Notes: generated by a model not told the origin, from the sequence alone. A stretch of DNA of 34,805 nt from Candidatus Pacearchaeota archaeon (GCA_023142835.1 JAGLIS010000002.1:1-34805); one strand, 5' to 3'; shown: positions 7,412 through 14,993, numbered from the stretch's first letter. Numbers and translations: made by a program.

Positions 7412-8790
7412 AAGAATATCGATTGAATTTTTTAAGGAAGAAAAAGATTGGCGAGAAATATTTAGTGACTACAGATCATGGAAGTTGGATATATTTGGGA
7501 ACAGAAGAGTTAGATAAATTAATATCTAAAGATTTGGATGAATCACTTTATGCTCGCTGTGAGGAGAAAGGAATAATTATTACAGAAGATAATAAGTCAG
7601 ATATTATAAAAAATATTCGTGAGAAATATGCGTTTCTTTCTAGCGGGACTTCACTTCATATTATTGTAGCGACGCTGAGATGTAATCTTCATTGTGTTTA
7701 TTGTCACGCTTCTTCTTGTCCGCAATCTTTTGAAGGTTATGATATGGATGAAAAAACGGCGAAGAAGACAGTTGATTTTATTTTTCAATCTCCTGCAAAA
7801 AATATTACAATTGAAATTCAGGGAGGAGAACCTTTGTTAAATTATGATGTTATAGAATATATTGTTAAGTATTCTAAGAAGTTGAATGAAGTTCATAAGA
7901 AAAATTTGAGATTGACGGTTGTCACTAATTTTGGAATGATGGATGGTGAGAAATTAGATTTTTTTGAAAATGAAGATGTTGATATTTGCACTTCACTTGA
8001 TGGTCCAAAAGAATTGCATGAGAAGAATCGGAATTTTGGAAGTCATGGACCTGTAGTTAAGTGGCTTGAAGAAATTAGGAAACGGGAGAAAAATGGAATC
8101 TTACATAAAAATGCGGTTTTGACTGTGACTCATGAAAGTTTAAAATATCCTCGAGAGATTGTTGATGAATATGTTAAAAATGGGGTGAAGGATATTCATT
8201 TGAGATTCTTGAATAATCTTGGAAACGCTAAACAAGATTGGGAAAAAATTTGTTATAGTTCTGAAGAATTTATAGACTATTGGAAGAAATCCTTGGAATA
8301 TATTTTTGAATTAGATAAATCGGGAATTTTTCTGAGAGAGCGTGGAGCTACAATAATCATGAAGAAAATTCTTGGTGGAGAGCCTAATTATCTTGAGCTA
8401 AGAAGTCCTTGTGGTGCTGCGATCGGACAGTTGTTATATAATTATGATGGTGCGATCTATACTTGTGACGAGGCACGAATGGTAGGAGAAGATATTTTTA
8501 AATTAGGAAATGTTAAGGAAAATAATTATTCTGAAATTATTTCTTCGAATCAAACTTGCGGGATCGTGGCTGCTTCCATAAATGATACACAAATTTGTGA
8601 TTCGTGTGTTTACAAACCTTACTGCGGAATCTGTCCTGTTTGTAATTATGCAGAGCAAGGAAGTATCATCGCGAAAATCCCGCAAACAATGAGATGTCAA
8701 ATTTACAAAGCACAGTTTGATTATCTTTTTGATAAAGTCTTAAATGATTCAATAGCAAAAGAAGTTCTTTTAACTTGGGTTAAAAATTAG
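7408..8790 (+). CDS. Radical SAM/SPASM peptide maturase (HxsB/HxsC-like)
   Basis: CNLHCVYCHA (C-x3-C-x2-C), IQGGEPLLNYD, and C-terminal SPASM cysteines (..SPCGAA..YTCDE..CDSCVYKPYCGICPVC..MRCQ). A roughly 90-aa N-terminal extension precedes the cluster motif and could be a substrate-recognition domain. Confidence 0.85.
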   Translation: MKEYRLNFLRKKKIGEKYLVTTDHGSWIYLGTEELDKLISKDLDESLYARCEEKGIIITEDNKSDIIKNIREKYAFLSSGTSLHIIVATLRCNLHCVYCHASSCPQSFEGYDMDEKTAKKTVDFIFQSPAKNITIEIQGGEPLLNYDVIEYIVKYSKKLNEVHKKNLRLTVVTNFGMMDGEKLDFFENEDVDICTSLDGPKELHEKNRNFGSHGPVVKWLEEIRKREKNGILHKNAVLTVTHESLKYPREIVDEYVKNGVKDIHLRFLNNLGNAKQDWEKICYSSEEFIDYWKKSLEYIFELDKSGIFLRERGATIIMKKILGGEPNYLELRSPCGAAIGQLLYNYDGAIYTCDEARMVGEDIFKLGNVKENNYSEIISSNQTCGIVAASINDTQICDSCVYKPYCGICPVCNYAEQGSIIAKIPQTMRCQIYKAQFDYLFDKVLNDSIAKEVLLTWVKN

Positions 8791-8793
8791 GAA

Positions 8794-8802
8794 TATTTAA
8801 AA
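8794..8802 (+). promoter_or_regulatory. TATA-like box (TATTTAAAA) about 27 nt upstream of ATG 8825; possible dedicated promoter for the precursor peptide gene
   Basis: Lies in the 34-nt gap after the rSAM stop. The spacing matches the leaderless pattern elsewhere in the window. Confidence 0.35.
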
Positions 8803-8824
8803 AAGATAATTGCCTGTTGTTACA

Positions 8825-9073
8825 ATGAAAGAAGGGGTAAAATCAAAGATTCCAAAATTAAAGAAGAAGATTAGCGCTTTTTTGGTTGGTGAGGAAGGGA
8901 AAATATCAAAAAATTCTTTATTAAAAATAGGTGGTGTTTTGACAGGATTGTCCTCTGCAACGATTGTTGCAGGAGTAAATAATTTGCATTTGAGCTATAC
9001 AGATTCGACTGCAACGGCTAAGCATGGAAATCATTCGAGTCACTCACAACACGGTAGCCACTCGAGTTATTAA
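8825..9073 (+). CDS. His-Xaa-Ser repeat peptide (HxsA-like putative precursor), 82 aa
   Basis: C-terminus ...TATAKHGNHSSHSQHGSHSSY has five His at exact 3-residue spacing, then Tyr and the stop. The N-terminus is Lys-rich, followed by the hydrophobic segment LLKIGGVLTGLSSATIVAGV. The ORF track begins at TTG 8810; ATG 8825 is preferred because of the TATA spacing. Only 2 nt separate its stop from the next ATG. Confidence 0.65.
   Translation: MKEGVKSKIPKLKKKISAFLVGEEGKISKNSLLKIGGVLTGLSSATIVAGVNNLHLSYTDSTATAKHGNHSSHSQHGSHSSY
9023..9070 (+). repeat. Coding His-x-x triplet repeat (HGN HSS HSQ HGS HSS Y)
   Basis: cat gga aat cat tcg agt cac tca caa cac ggt agc cac tcg agt tat. CAYTCGAGT occurs twice. 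Confidence 0.9.
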
Positions 9074-9075
9074 CT

Positions 9076-10992
9076 ATGGAATCAATTCAAACACCCCAAG
9101 CTATTCCGCCACAAAGTAACAAGTGGAAGATTTTCATCATTCCGATTATATTAATTATCGTTTTCCTTGCCATTGGAAATCTCTATTTATTTTATTTTTC
9201 AGGTGATGATTTTTTGCAGGATTATGACGAAGTGATAGATTATGAAACTCTCGTGGACGAAGTTAATTTTTCTCATGAGTTAACTCAAGATTATACTAGA
9301 AATCCTATTTCTGTTGTTGATTTAGATATTAGCAGAGAAGGAAATTTGTTTGTTACGGATTCTTCAGGACATAGAATAATGGTTTTTGATTCTGATTTAA
9401 ATAATATTAGGAATATTGGTGAGAAATATAGTGAAGATAGTGGTTCAATTATTAGTGGTAGAGTTACTAACGTTGAGGAAATGATGCAATTCCCTGGTTC
9501 TTCTGCATTAGCTGGAAATTATATTTATGCGATAGATAGAATGAATAGAAGGATTAATACTTATACACTAAATGGAGATTTTGTCGAATGGAGAAATTTT
9601 CCTGAAGAAGTTATTTCTCAAACAGATGTTGGAGAAGCTCCCCATATTGATGGACAGAGAGTTAGTTTGATTGTTTTAAATAATGGTGATTTGCTTCTTC
9701 ATTCGTTGACAAGTAACAATGTTTATATTCTAGATTTTGAAACTTTAGCCATTAAGAAAACTTTAACTTTTGAGGGTATGAAGGCTTTTGGCGTAGGTAA
9801 ATCTTTGAAAGGATTTTATGTAATTGATTCCCTAAATAAGAAAGTGTATGAATATAGTGAAGATCTTTCTTTGATTGGGACTATTGACAGTGAGCTCATT
9901 AATCCAGTCGATGTTTGTGTTTTGTCAGATAAGTTTGTGATTACCGATGAGGGTGATGATTCCTTAAAATTATTTAATTTAGATTTTAGTTTTATAGAAA
10001 AGAAAGAGCTTACAGGAATTTCTCCAGATTTTATTGCTTGTGAAGAAGACGTAGTTTATATTTTTGATGATAGTGAAGGTAGAGTTGTTAAGATTAGTTT
10101 AGATAACCTTGAAGTTAAAAAGGAAGTTTCTGTTATTTCTCAATTGAATATTTTGAAGGGTGCTCCTATCTTTATTGCATCAAGTCAGATGAATGGTGAT
10201 GTTGCGATTGAGGATTCTCAAAATAATTTAATTCTTATTTTGGATGAAGATTTAAATTATAAAAATATTATTGGAATTGGTTTTGGAGATTCCCCTAATA
10301 AATTTAAATTCCCTACTGGACTTTCCTATGATAATGATGGAAACCTTTATGTTTTAGATAGGTGGAATACGAAGATTAAGATTTATGATTCCGATTATAA
10401 TTATATTAGATCAATTGATGATATAGGTTACTCTGGTAATGATATGATTGTGTTAGATAACGGGAATATTATGTATTTGGATGTTGATACTTATACTGTG
10501 AAATTTATTGACAGCGATGGAAATTTGGTTGGGGAATTAACTGAAGAGAAAGGGATGATTGCCCCTCATGGGCTTGGTATTTACAAGAGTAATTATATTG
10601 TTAGTGACGAAGTTCCTAGAGAATCTGATGGACATTACGATGTTTACTTCAAAGAGTATGACAAGAATTATAATTTTGTGAAATCTCATGTGATGCCAAA
10701 TCCAACTGTTTTTGAGACTTCTGAAACTTTGTCGATTTATGGGGATATGGTTATTATGCCAGATAATGATGAGAATAATTTGTTCTTTTATGATTTGATT
10801 AATGATGAGATTATTGAGAATATTACAGTTTCGCACGCTAGTTTTTTTGGGGCTATAGAGGTAGAGTTGCCAGCAGGTAAGGATTATGTTTTAGTCACTA
10901 ATCAGATGGATGGTAAATTATTTAAGATTGATATTAATTCTCGGAAGATAGTTGACGAAAAGAGGATTTCACTTTATTATAAAGAATATTAA
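9076..10992 (+). CDS. Membrane-anchored NHL-repeat beta-propeller protein, 638 aa
   Basis: N-terminal TM helix WKIFIIPIILIIVFLAIGNLYLFYF. It has repeated NHL-type blades, e.g. GNLFVTDSSGHRIMVFDSDLNNIRNIG and PTGLSYDNDGNLYVLDRWNTKIKIYDSDYNYIRSI. Confidence 0.75.
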   Translation: MESIQTPQAIPPQSNKWKIFIIPIILIIVFLAIGNLYLFYFSGDDFLQDYDEVIDYETLVDEVNFSHELTQDYTRNPISVVDLDISREGNLFVTDSSGHRIMVFDSDLNNIRNIGEKYSEDSGSIISGRVTNVEEMMQFPGSSALAGNYIYAIDRMNRRINTYTLNGDFVEWRNFPEEVISQTDVGEAPHIDGQRVSLIVLNNGDLLLHSLTSNNVYILDFETLAIKKTLTFEGMKAFGVGKSLKGFYVIDSLNKKVYEYSEDLSLIGTIDSELINPVDVCVLSDKFVITDEGDDSLKLFNLDFSFIEKKELTGISPDFIACEEDVVYIFDDSEGRVVKISLDNLEVKKEVSVISQLNILKGAPIFIASSQMNGDVAIEDSQNNLILILDEDLNYKNIIGIGFGDSPNKFKFPTGLSYDNDGNLYVLDRWNTKIKIYDSDYNYIRSIDDIGYSGNDMIVLDNGNIMYLDVDTYTVKFIDSDGNLVGELTEEKGMIAPHGLGIYKSNYIVSDEVPRESDGHYDVYFKEYDKNYNFVKSHVMPNPTVFETSETLSIYGDMVIMPDNDENNLFFYDLINDEIIENITVSHASFFGAIEVELPAGKDYVLVTNQMDGKLFKIDINSRKIVDEKRISLYYKEY

Positions 10993-11771
10993 AGATTATT
11001 TTTTATGTTAGGGAATATAACAATTCTATTGAATTTGTTTTTTAATTCTTCAGGTATTATCATTTCTGTTTTTATTAGTTCAGCATTTCCGATTATGAAA
11101 ACTGGACGATCAAAGTATTTTGTTTCCTTCGTAATTATTTGATTTAGACATTCTTTTTTGCAAGGTTCTATTTTATAATTGTATTCGGAAGTATTGCACT
11201 TAGGATATATACATCTCCTTGTTACTGATATTACTGAGTTCCCTAGATAGAGAGTTATGTTGCTGTTTTCAGGGAGGTCTATTCCTTGTGGTGGGACATC
11301 TGTTTCGAATCTTTTTATGTTGAGGTCTTTTAAAAAATCAAGAAGTTCCGGATTCGATAATGAGTTATCTTTAAAGTTATCCGGAGATTCCTTAAGACAT
11401 CCAGTCATTATTTCTGGACCCTTCTTCATTCTTATTAAAACTCTTCCATAATTTATTTTTACTTCGGGGAAAGCCTCTAGAATTTCTAAGAGTCCTAAAT
11501 CATTAATCGTTACTTCGAATTTTTTATTGATTTCTGAAATGTCTTTTATTAAATGTTTTAAATTATTGATACCCAAGTTAGTTAGTAAAGGAGTTAGGAG
11601 AACAAATGTCTTATTTTTTTTAATGCAGAATTCAAAGATTTCTTTTGTCTCGGAAAATGTTGGAATTTTTCTTTCACAAAACTCATTTCCAAAATATATT
11701 AAATTGTATTTATCTAAATACTTTAGATTTTGTAATTCTTCTAAAGAGCTTATTTTTATTCCGAATTCCAT
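10989..11771 (-). CDS. U32-family Fe-S protein, UbiV-like (260 aa)
   Basis: The N-terminus ...LIYFGNEFCERKIP parallels UbiV ...IYLGEAVCSKRR. The later segment RRCIYPKCNTSEYNYKIEPCKKEC (C-x4-C-x11-C-x3-C) gives a 4-Cys set like the UbiV 4Fe-4S ligands. ATG 11771 is chosen over the track's TTG 11783, giving a TAATG junction with the upstream gene. Confidence 0.6.
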   Translation of the reverse strand: MEFGIKISSLEELQNLKYLDKYNLIYFGNEFCERKIPTFSETKEIFEFCIKKNKTFVLLTPLLTNLGINNLKHLIKDISEINKKFEVTINDLGLLEILEAFPEVKINYGRVLIRMKKGPEIMTGCLKESPDNFKDNSLSNPELLDFLKDLNIKRFETDVPPQGIDLPENSNITLYLGNSVISVTRRCIYPKCNTSEYNYKIEPCKKECLNQIITKETKYFDRPVFIIGNAELIKTEMIIPEELKNKFNRIVIFPNIKNNL

Positions 11772-12715
11772 TAATAATAACAATTGTTCTTACAATCAAA
11801 TTTGTAATATCGACTGAAAAGTTCCTTGCATTTAGTTTTGTATTCTTCCTTATCTAGATTCATTAGGCTAAGAGTTTTTTTTATTAACTTGGCATCGTTG
11901 ATTTTCCTTATATGACTATTATTTCTTCCAACAATTTTTAGATTTTTTATTCCAATTTTTTCTAGTTCTTTAATAAAACAGATTCCACAGAATGGATTAA
12001 ATTTTTTTAGAATTGTTAAAGTATTCTCTTGAATTATCTTTTCATCTTTTTTCGCTTCCTCATTTATGAAATAAATTTTTTGTTTGAAAGGAATATTACA
12101 AGTTGTTGTAAAAACTTTATGTTCTGGAATGTGACATCTTGAGCAAAATCCGTCTAGGTTTCTACAGAATTGATTGAGTATCATTACTTCGAATTCTATT
12201 TCTGGATTATTTAGGGTAATTGATTTTAACTCTTCAATAGATAAATGTCTTGGGAGAATAATTTTTTTTATCCCGAGATTTTTGTAGAAATTTACCGCAT
12301 TTGAATTTAGACAGACGTTGATACAACTTAAAATAATTTTATTTTTCGGTGCATTCTCTTTTAAAAATTTTATTATTGATAATTCCGAAACTATAAAATT
12401 GTCTACGTAGTCTTTAAATATCATAACTTGTTCTTTGGCTCTTGCTAATTGTCTTGAATTGTAAAATGACTTATTTAATGTAAGAGAAAGTTCTGCGGGT
12501 TTTTTTGCCAAATTATTTATTCTATTTATTTCTTTTATTTGTTCTAAGTTCTCAAAGTTTGCTCCTCTTTCAAATCGTTCATTAACAGAATCCCACTTAT
12601 TATTTTCATTTTCACCTTCAGTTAAATTATTTACACCTAGATAAATTTCTTCAATTCCTAATTTATTATATTCCGCTATATCTTCTATCAAACTCGCGGG
12701 CGCTACTATTTTCAT
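11771..12715 (-). CDS. U32-family Fe-S protein, UbiU-like (314 aa)
   Basis: The N-terminus MKIVAPASLIEDIAEYNKLGIEEIYLG resembles the U32 start (ELLAPAG...GADAVY.G). EVMILNQFCRNLDGFCSRC keeps the C-x4-G-x-C core of the U32 signature as I recall it. Further Cys occur in TTTCNIP and FCGIC. It joins the upstream rSAM gene by an ATGA overlap. Confidence 0.7.
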   Translation of the reverse strand: MKIVAPASLIEDIAEYNKLGIEEIYLGVNNLTEGENENNKWDSVNERFERGANFENLEQIKEINRINNLAKKPAELSLTLNKSFYNSRQLARAKEQVMIFKDYVDNFIVSELSIIKFLKENAPKNKIILSCINVCLNSNAVNFYKNLGIKKIILPRHLSIEELKSITLNNPEIEFEVMILNQFCRNLDGFCSRCHIPEHKVFTTTCNIPFKQKIYFINEEAKKDEKIIQENTLTILKKFNPFCGICFIKELEKIGIKNLKIVGRNNSHIRKINDAKLIKKTLSLMNLDKEEYKTKCKELFSRYYKFDCKNNCYY

Positions 12716-14895
12716 TTTTGTTTATAGTTAAAATTATTTATCATCAGTATTTGAGATATTAAATCTACATAATTTAGACCTTCTTTCGTTATTTCTATTT
12801 TGTTATTTTCAATAATTATTATATTTTTGTTTTGCAAATAATTTAGGCTATCCGAAAAACGGAGCTTATATTTTTCTTCGATTTCAAAATTTAATAATCT
12901 TGATTTTAAAGATATTTTATGAAGTTCATCTTGTTCACCTTGTAGTTCGAATTTTTTGTAGTTGTCTTTTGTCATGTTTGCAAAATATGTTTTGCCTACA
13001 AATGAGAATGTGTTAATACCAATCCCTAAAATGTTTCCTTGATTTAGAAAATTTATTTGATATTCAAATTTTGGTTTTCCTATTTTATGGAAATCTTCTG
13101 CTGTATATTGTCGGTATCCGTTGCTATCTAAAATTAGCCTTCCCTTTTTATTTAGCCAATCAAGTTTTTTTGAGTATTCAATAAAAAATAATTCATCACT
13201 TTCAAGAATTCTTTTGCTGTTGTGCAGTGGCTGGTATGTTACATTGTCAGGGTTTAATGAAAGCATGGTTTCCATTTCGGATTCGTATGAGTCCATATCA
13301 TCCAGATAGACACCATAAATTATGTCTATACTTTTTGTGAAAGTATAATTTTTTAATGAGTTAAAAAAGGAAGTCATTTCTTCTATTGTCGAGGGTCTGC
13401 CAAACTCTTGGAGAATTTTATCGTTGAAACATTGGACTCCAATGCTTAATCTTGTAATGTAGTTTTGTAAGTAATCAAAAAATTTTTTATCAAAATTTGA
13501 TGGGAAAGTTTCCATTGTTATTTCTTTGATGTTCTCTTTTGGAAGATACGAAAATAGTTTATCGAATATTTTTTGGAAATTTTCTTTCCCTATTGTTGTT
13601 GGCGTTCCACCTCCGATGTAAATGTATCTGATGTTATTCGTAATTAGGACTTCCTTAAATTTTTCAATTTCCTTAAGCATAAAATCAATGTAACTCTTTA
13701 TATGTTGATTTGGATATTTTTGAATCCCGCAGAACTTGCATCGCGAATTACAGAATGGGAAATGGAGATAGAGCCCAAATTCTTTTTCAACTGGAGAATT
13801 TTTTATTTTTTCTATTAATTCTTCGAAAGAACTTGGAGTTTTCCATTGGTCAAGTGTTGGGTATTGCATAAAAAAATCTGAATGTCTAAAATAGATAGGG
13901 ATGTAATCTGCCTGGTTTTTTGTTTCTGGAAGCATGTAAGTTAAATTTTTTTGGAGATTGGAAAAGTATTTATCCTTCAGAGATTCTCCTCGGAATTTTG
14001 TTAGAGGGTCTTTAGTAATTTCGTCTTTCACCTTTATCCCTCCAAGACACCTTTCTTTTATTTTACAACTTTGACATATATCATCCGATAATGGTTCTGA
14101 AGCATTTTCTTTCGCCTTGGAAATTATTTCTTTGAATTCAAGAGGGGAAGTTCCTAAGATATTTCCTAAGACTACTGAAGAATAACTGTTTAATTTTATG
14201 TCGCCGTTTTCGTTTATGTAAATGAAGTTATTGCCATCGTCGTTTTGTCCACCATCGCAGTATTCCAAAGCTTTTCTTGAGACAAGACAAAGTGGAAATG
14301 CGTTCGCAATTTTTATTGGATTTCTAATTTTGTTCTCTTTAGAATTCCATATTACTATTTTTTCAGATAGTTTTAGAAGATCTAAAAGATAATCTTTCTC
14401 TTCGCTATTTATGTCCCTTAAAAAGAAAAAATCTTCTAAAGGAATTTCCCTTATGTCTTCAAATATTTTTTCTAATGGAAGATTTTTTTGGAAGACCATA
14501 CATACCATAAATTTGATTTTAGGATTTTCATTAATTCGTCTTGTTAGTGATTCCTTATATTCCAATATTTGGTCTGCGTTTTGAAAAGAGAGGAGACAGT
14601 AATCAATAAATTGAGATATTTCGTCGAATCTTTTTATTCGTTGGATTGAAATATTTGCTATGACTTTTAAGTTTGCAATTTTTATTTTTCTTAAGAATTC
14701 TAAAATGTCTGGATGTTCGAAGATATCTCCACCAGTTAGTCTTAATGTATCAATATCATTTTCTTTTGCTATAGCAATTATATTATCTAAAGATTTTTCT
14801 GAAAGAAATGTCGGAGCGAGTTTGCTTTTGTAACAGTAAGAACAGCCAATGCTACAGACATTTGTGATACTGACTTGGAGCTCTTTTAGTTGCAT
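12712..14895 (-). CDS. Fused double radical-SAM protein: N-terminal rSAM with a SPASM/twitch-like auxiliary motif plus a C-terminal HemN/HemW-like (class C) rSAM, 727 aa
   Basis: Module 1 has NVCSIGCSYCY (residues 13-22), RLTGGDIF, ..EYCDGG.. and CQSCKIKERCLGG (C-x2-C-x5-C-x-GG). Module 2, from about residue 370, has LYLHFPFCNSRCKFCGI and YIGGGTPT, typical of HemN-like enzymes. Confidence 0.85.
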   Translation of the reverse strand: MQLKELQVSITNVCSIGCSYCYKSKLAPTFLSEKSLDNIIAIAKENDIDTLRLTGGDIFEHPDILEFLRKIKIANLKVIANISIQRIKRFDEISQFIDYCLLSFQNADQILEYKESLTRRINENPKIKFMVCMVFQKNLPLEKIFEDIREIPLEDFFFLRDINSEEKDYLLDLLKLSEKIVIWNSKENKIRNPIKIANAFPLCLVSRKALEYCDGGQNDDGNNFIYINENGDIKLNSYSSVVLGNILGTSPLEFKEIISKAKENASEPLSDDICQSCKIKERCLGGIKVKDEITKDPLTKFRGESLKDKYFSNLQKNLTYMLPETKNQADYIPIYFRHSDFFMQYPTLDQWKTPSSFEELIEKIKNSPVEKEFGLYLHFPFCNSRCKFCGIQKYPNQHIKSYIDFMLKEIEKFKEVLITNNIRYIYIGGGTPTTIGKENFQKIFDKLFSYLPKENIKEITMETFPSNFDKKFFDYLQNYITRLSIGVQCFNDKILQEFGRPSTIEEMTSFFNSLKNYTFTKSIDIIYGVYLDDMDSYESEMETMLSLNPDNVTYQPLHNSKRILESDELFFIEYSKKLDWLNKKGRLILDSNGYRQYTAEDFHKIGKPKFEYQINFLNQGNILGIGINTFSFVGKTYFANMTKDNYKKFELQGEQDELHKISLKSRLLNFEIEEKYKLRFSDSLNYLQNKNIIIIENNKIEITKEGLNYVDLISQILMINNFNYKQK

Positions 14896-14917
14896 GATTT
14901 TAAATGTTTCTGTACGG

Positions 14918-14925
14918 ATTTAAAG
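14918..14925 (-). promoter_or_regulatory. TATA-like box (CTTTAAAT on the minus strand) about 26 nt upstream of the double-rSAM ATG at 14895
   Basis: Lies in the 98-bp divergent intergenic region. It mirrors the CTTTAAAA box of the opposite gene. Confidence 0.35.
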
Positions 14926-14963
14926 ATTGTTGTAGTCAAGTGGTTGGACGTTAATTTAGGAAA

Positions 14964-14972
14964 CTTTAAAAG
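14964..14972 (+). promoter_or_regulatory. TATA-like box (CTTTAAAAG) about 26 nt upstream of the ATG at 14994
   Basis: Same divergent intergenic region, with leaderless spacing. Confidence 0.35.
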
Positions 14973-14993
14973 TAATTTATTCCTATAGAACTT

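Noticed and set aside
7408-8790. Calling the 460-aa rSAM/SPASM protein an anaerobic sulfatase-maturating enzyme
   Set aside because: There is no sulfatase or Cys/Ser-type FGly target motif gene in the window. The immediate neighbours are a His-x-Ser peptide and HxsD-like proteins, which point to an Hxs-type maturase. An HMM comparison is still needed.
8810-8824. TTG start at 8810 for the HxS peptide, GTG at 7181 for the small acidic protein, TTG at 11783 and TTG at 29527
   Set aside because: In each case a nearby ATG has a better context (TATA spacing, a GGGAGG Shine-Dalgarno, or an ATGA/TAATG coupling junction). The alternatives cannot be excluded without N-terminal data.
10989-12715. Calling the two U32 proteins collagenase-type peptidases (for example a leader protease)
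   Set aside because: The conserved Cys patterns fit the Fe-S ligands of UbiU/UbiV-type proteins, and the characterised U32 members are hydroxylases. A protease role is not supported by any catalytic motif I can see.
12712-13788. Calling the HemN-like module a coproporphyrinogen III oxidase (heme synthesis)
   Set aside because: No other tetrapyrrole genes are nearby, and the module is fused to a SPASM-type rSAM. The HemN-like family also contains heme chaperones and class C methyltransferases, so the specific function is left open.
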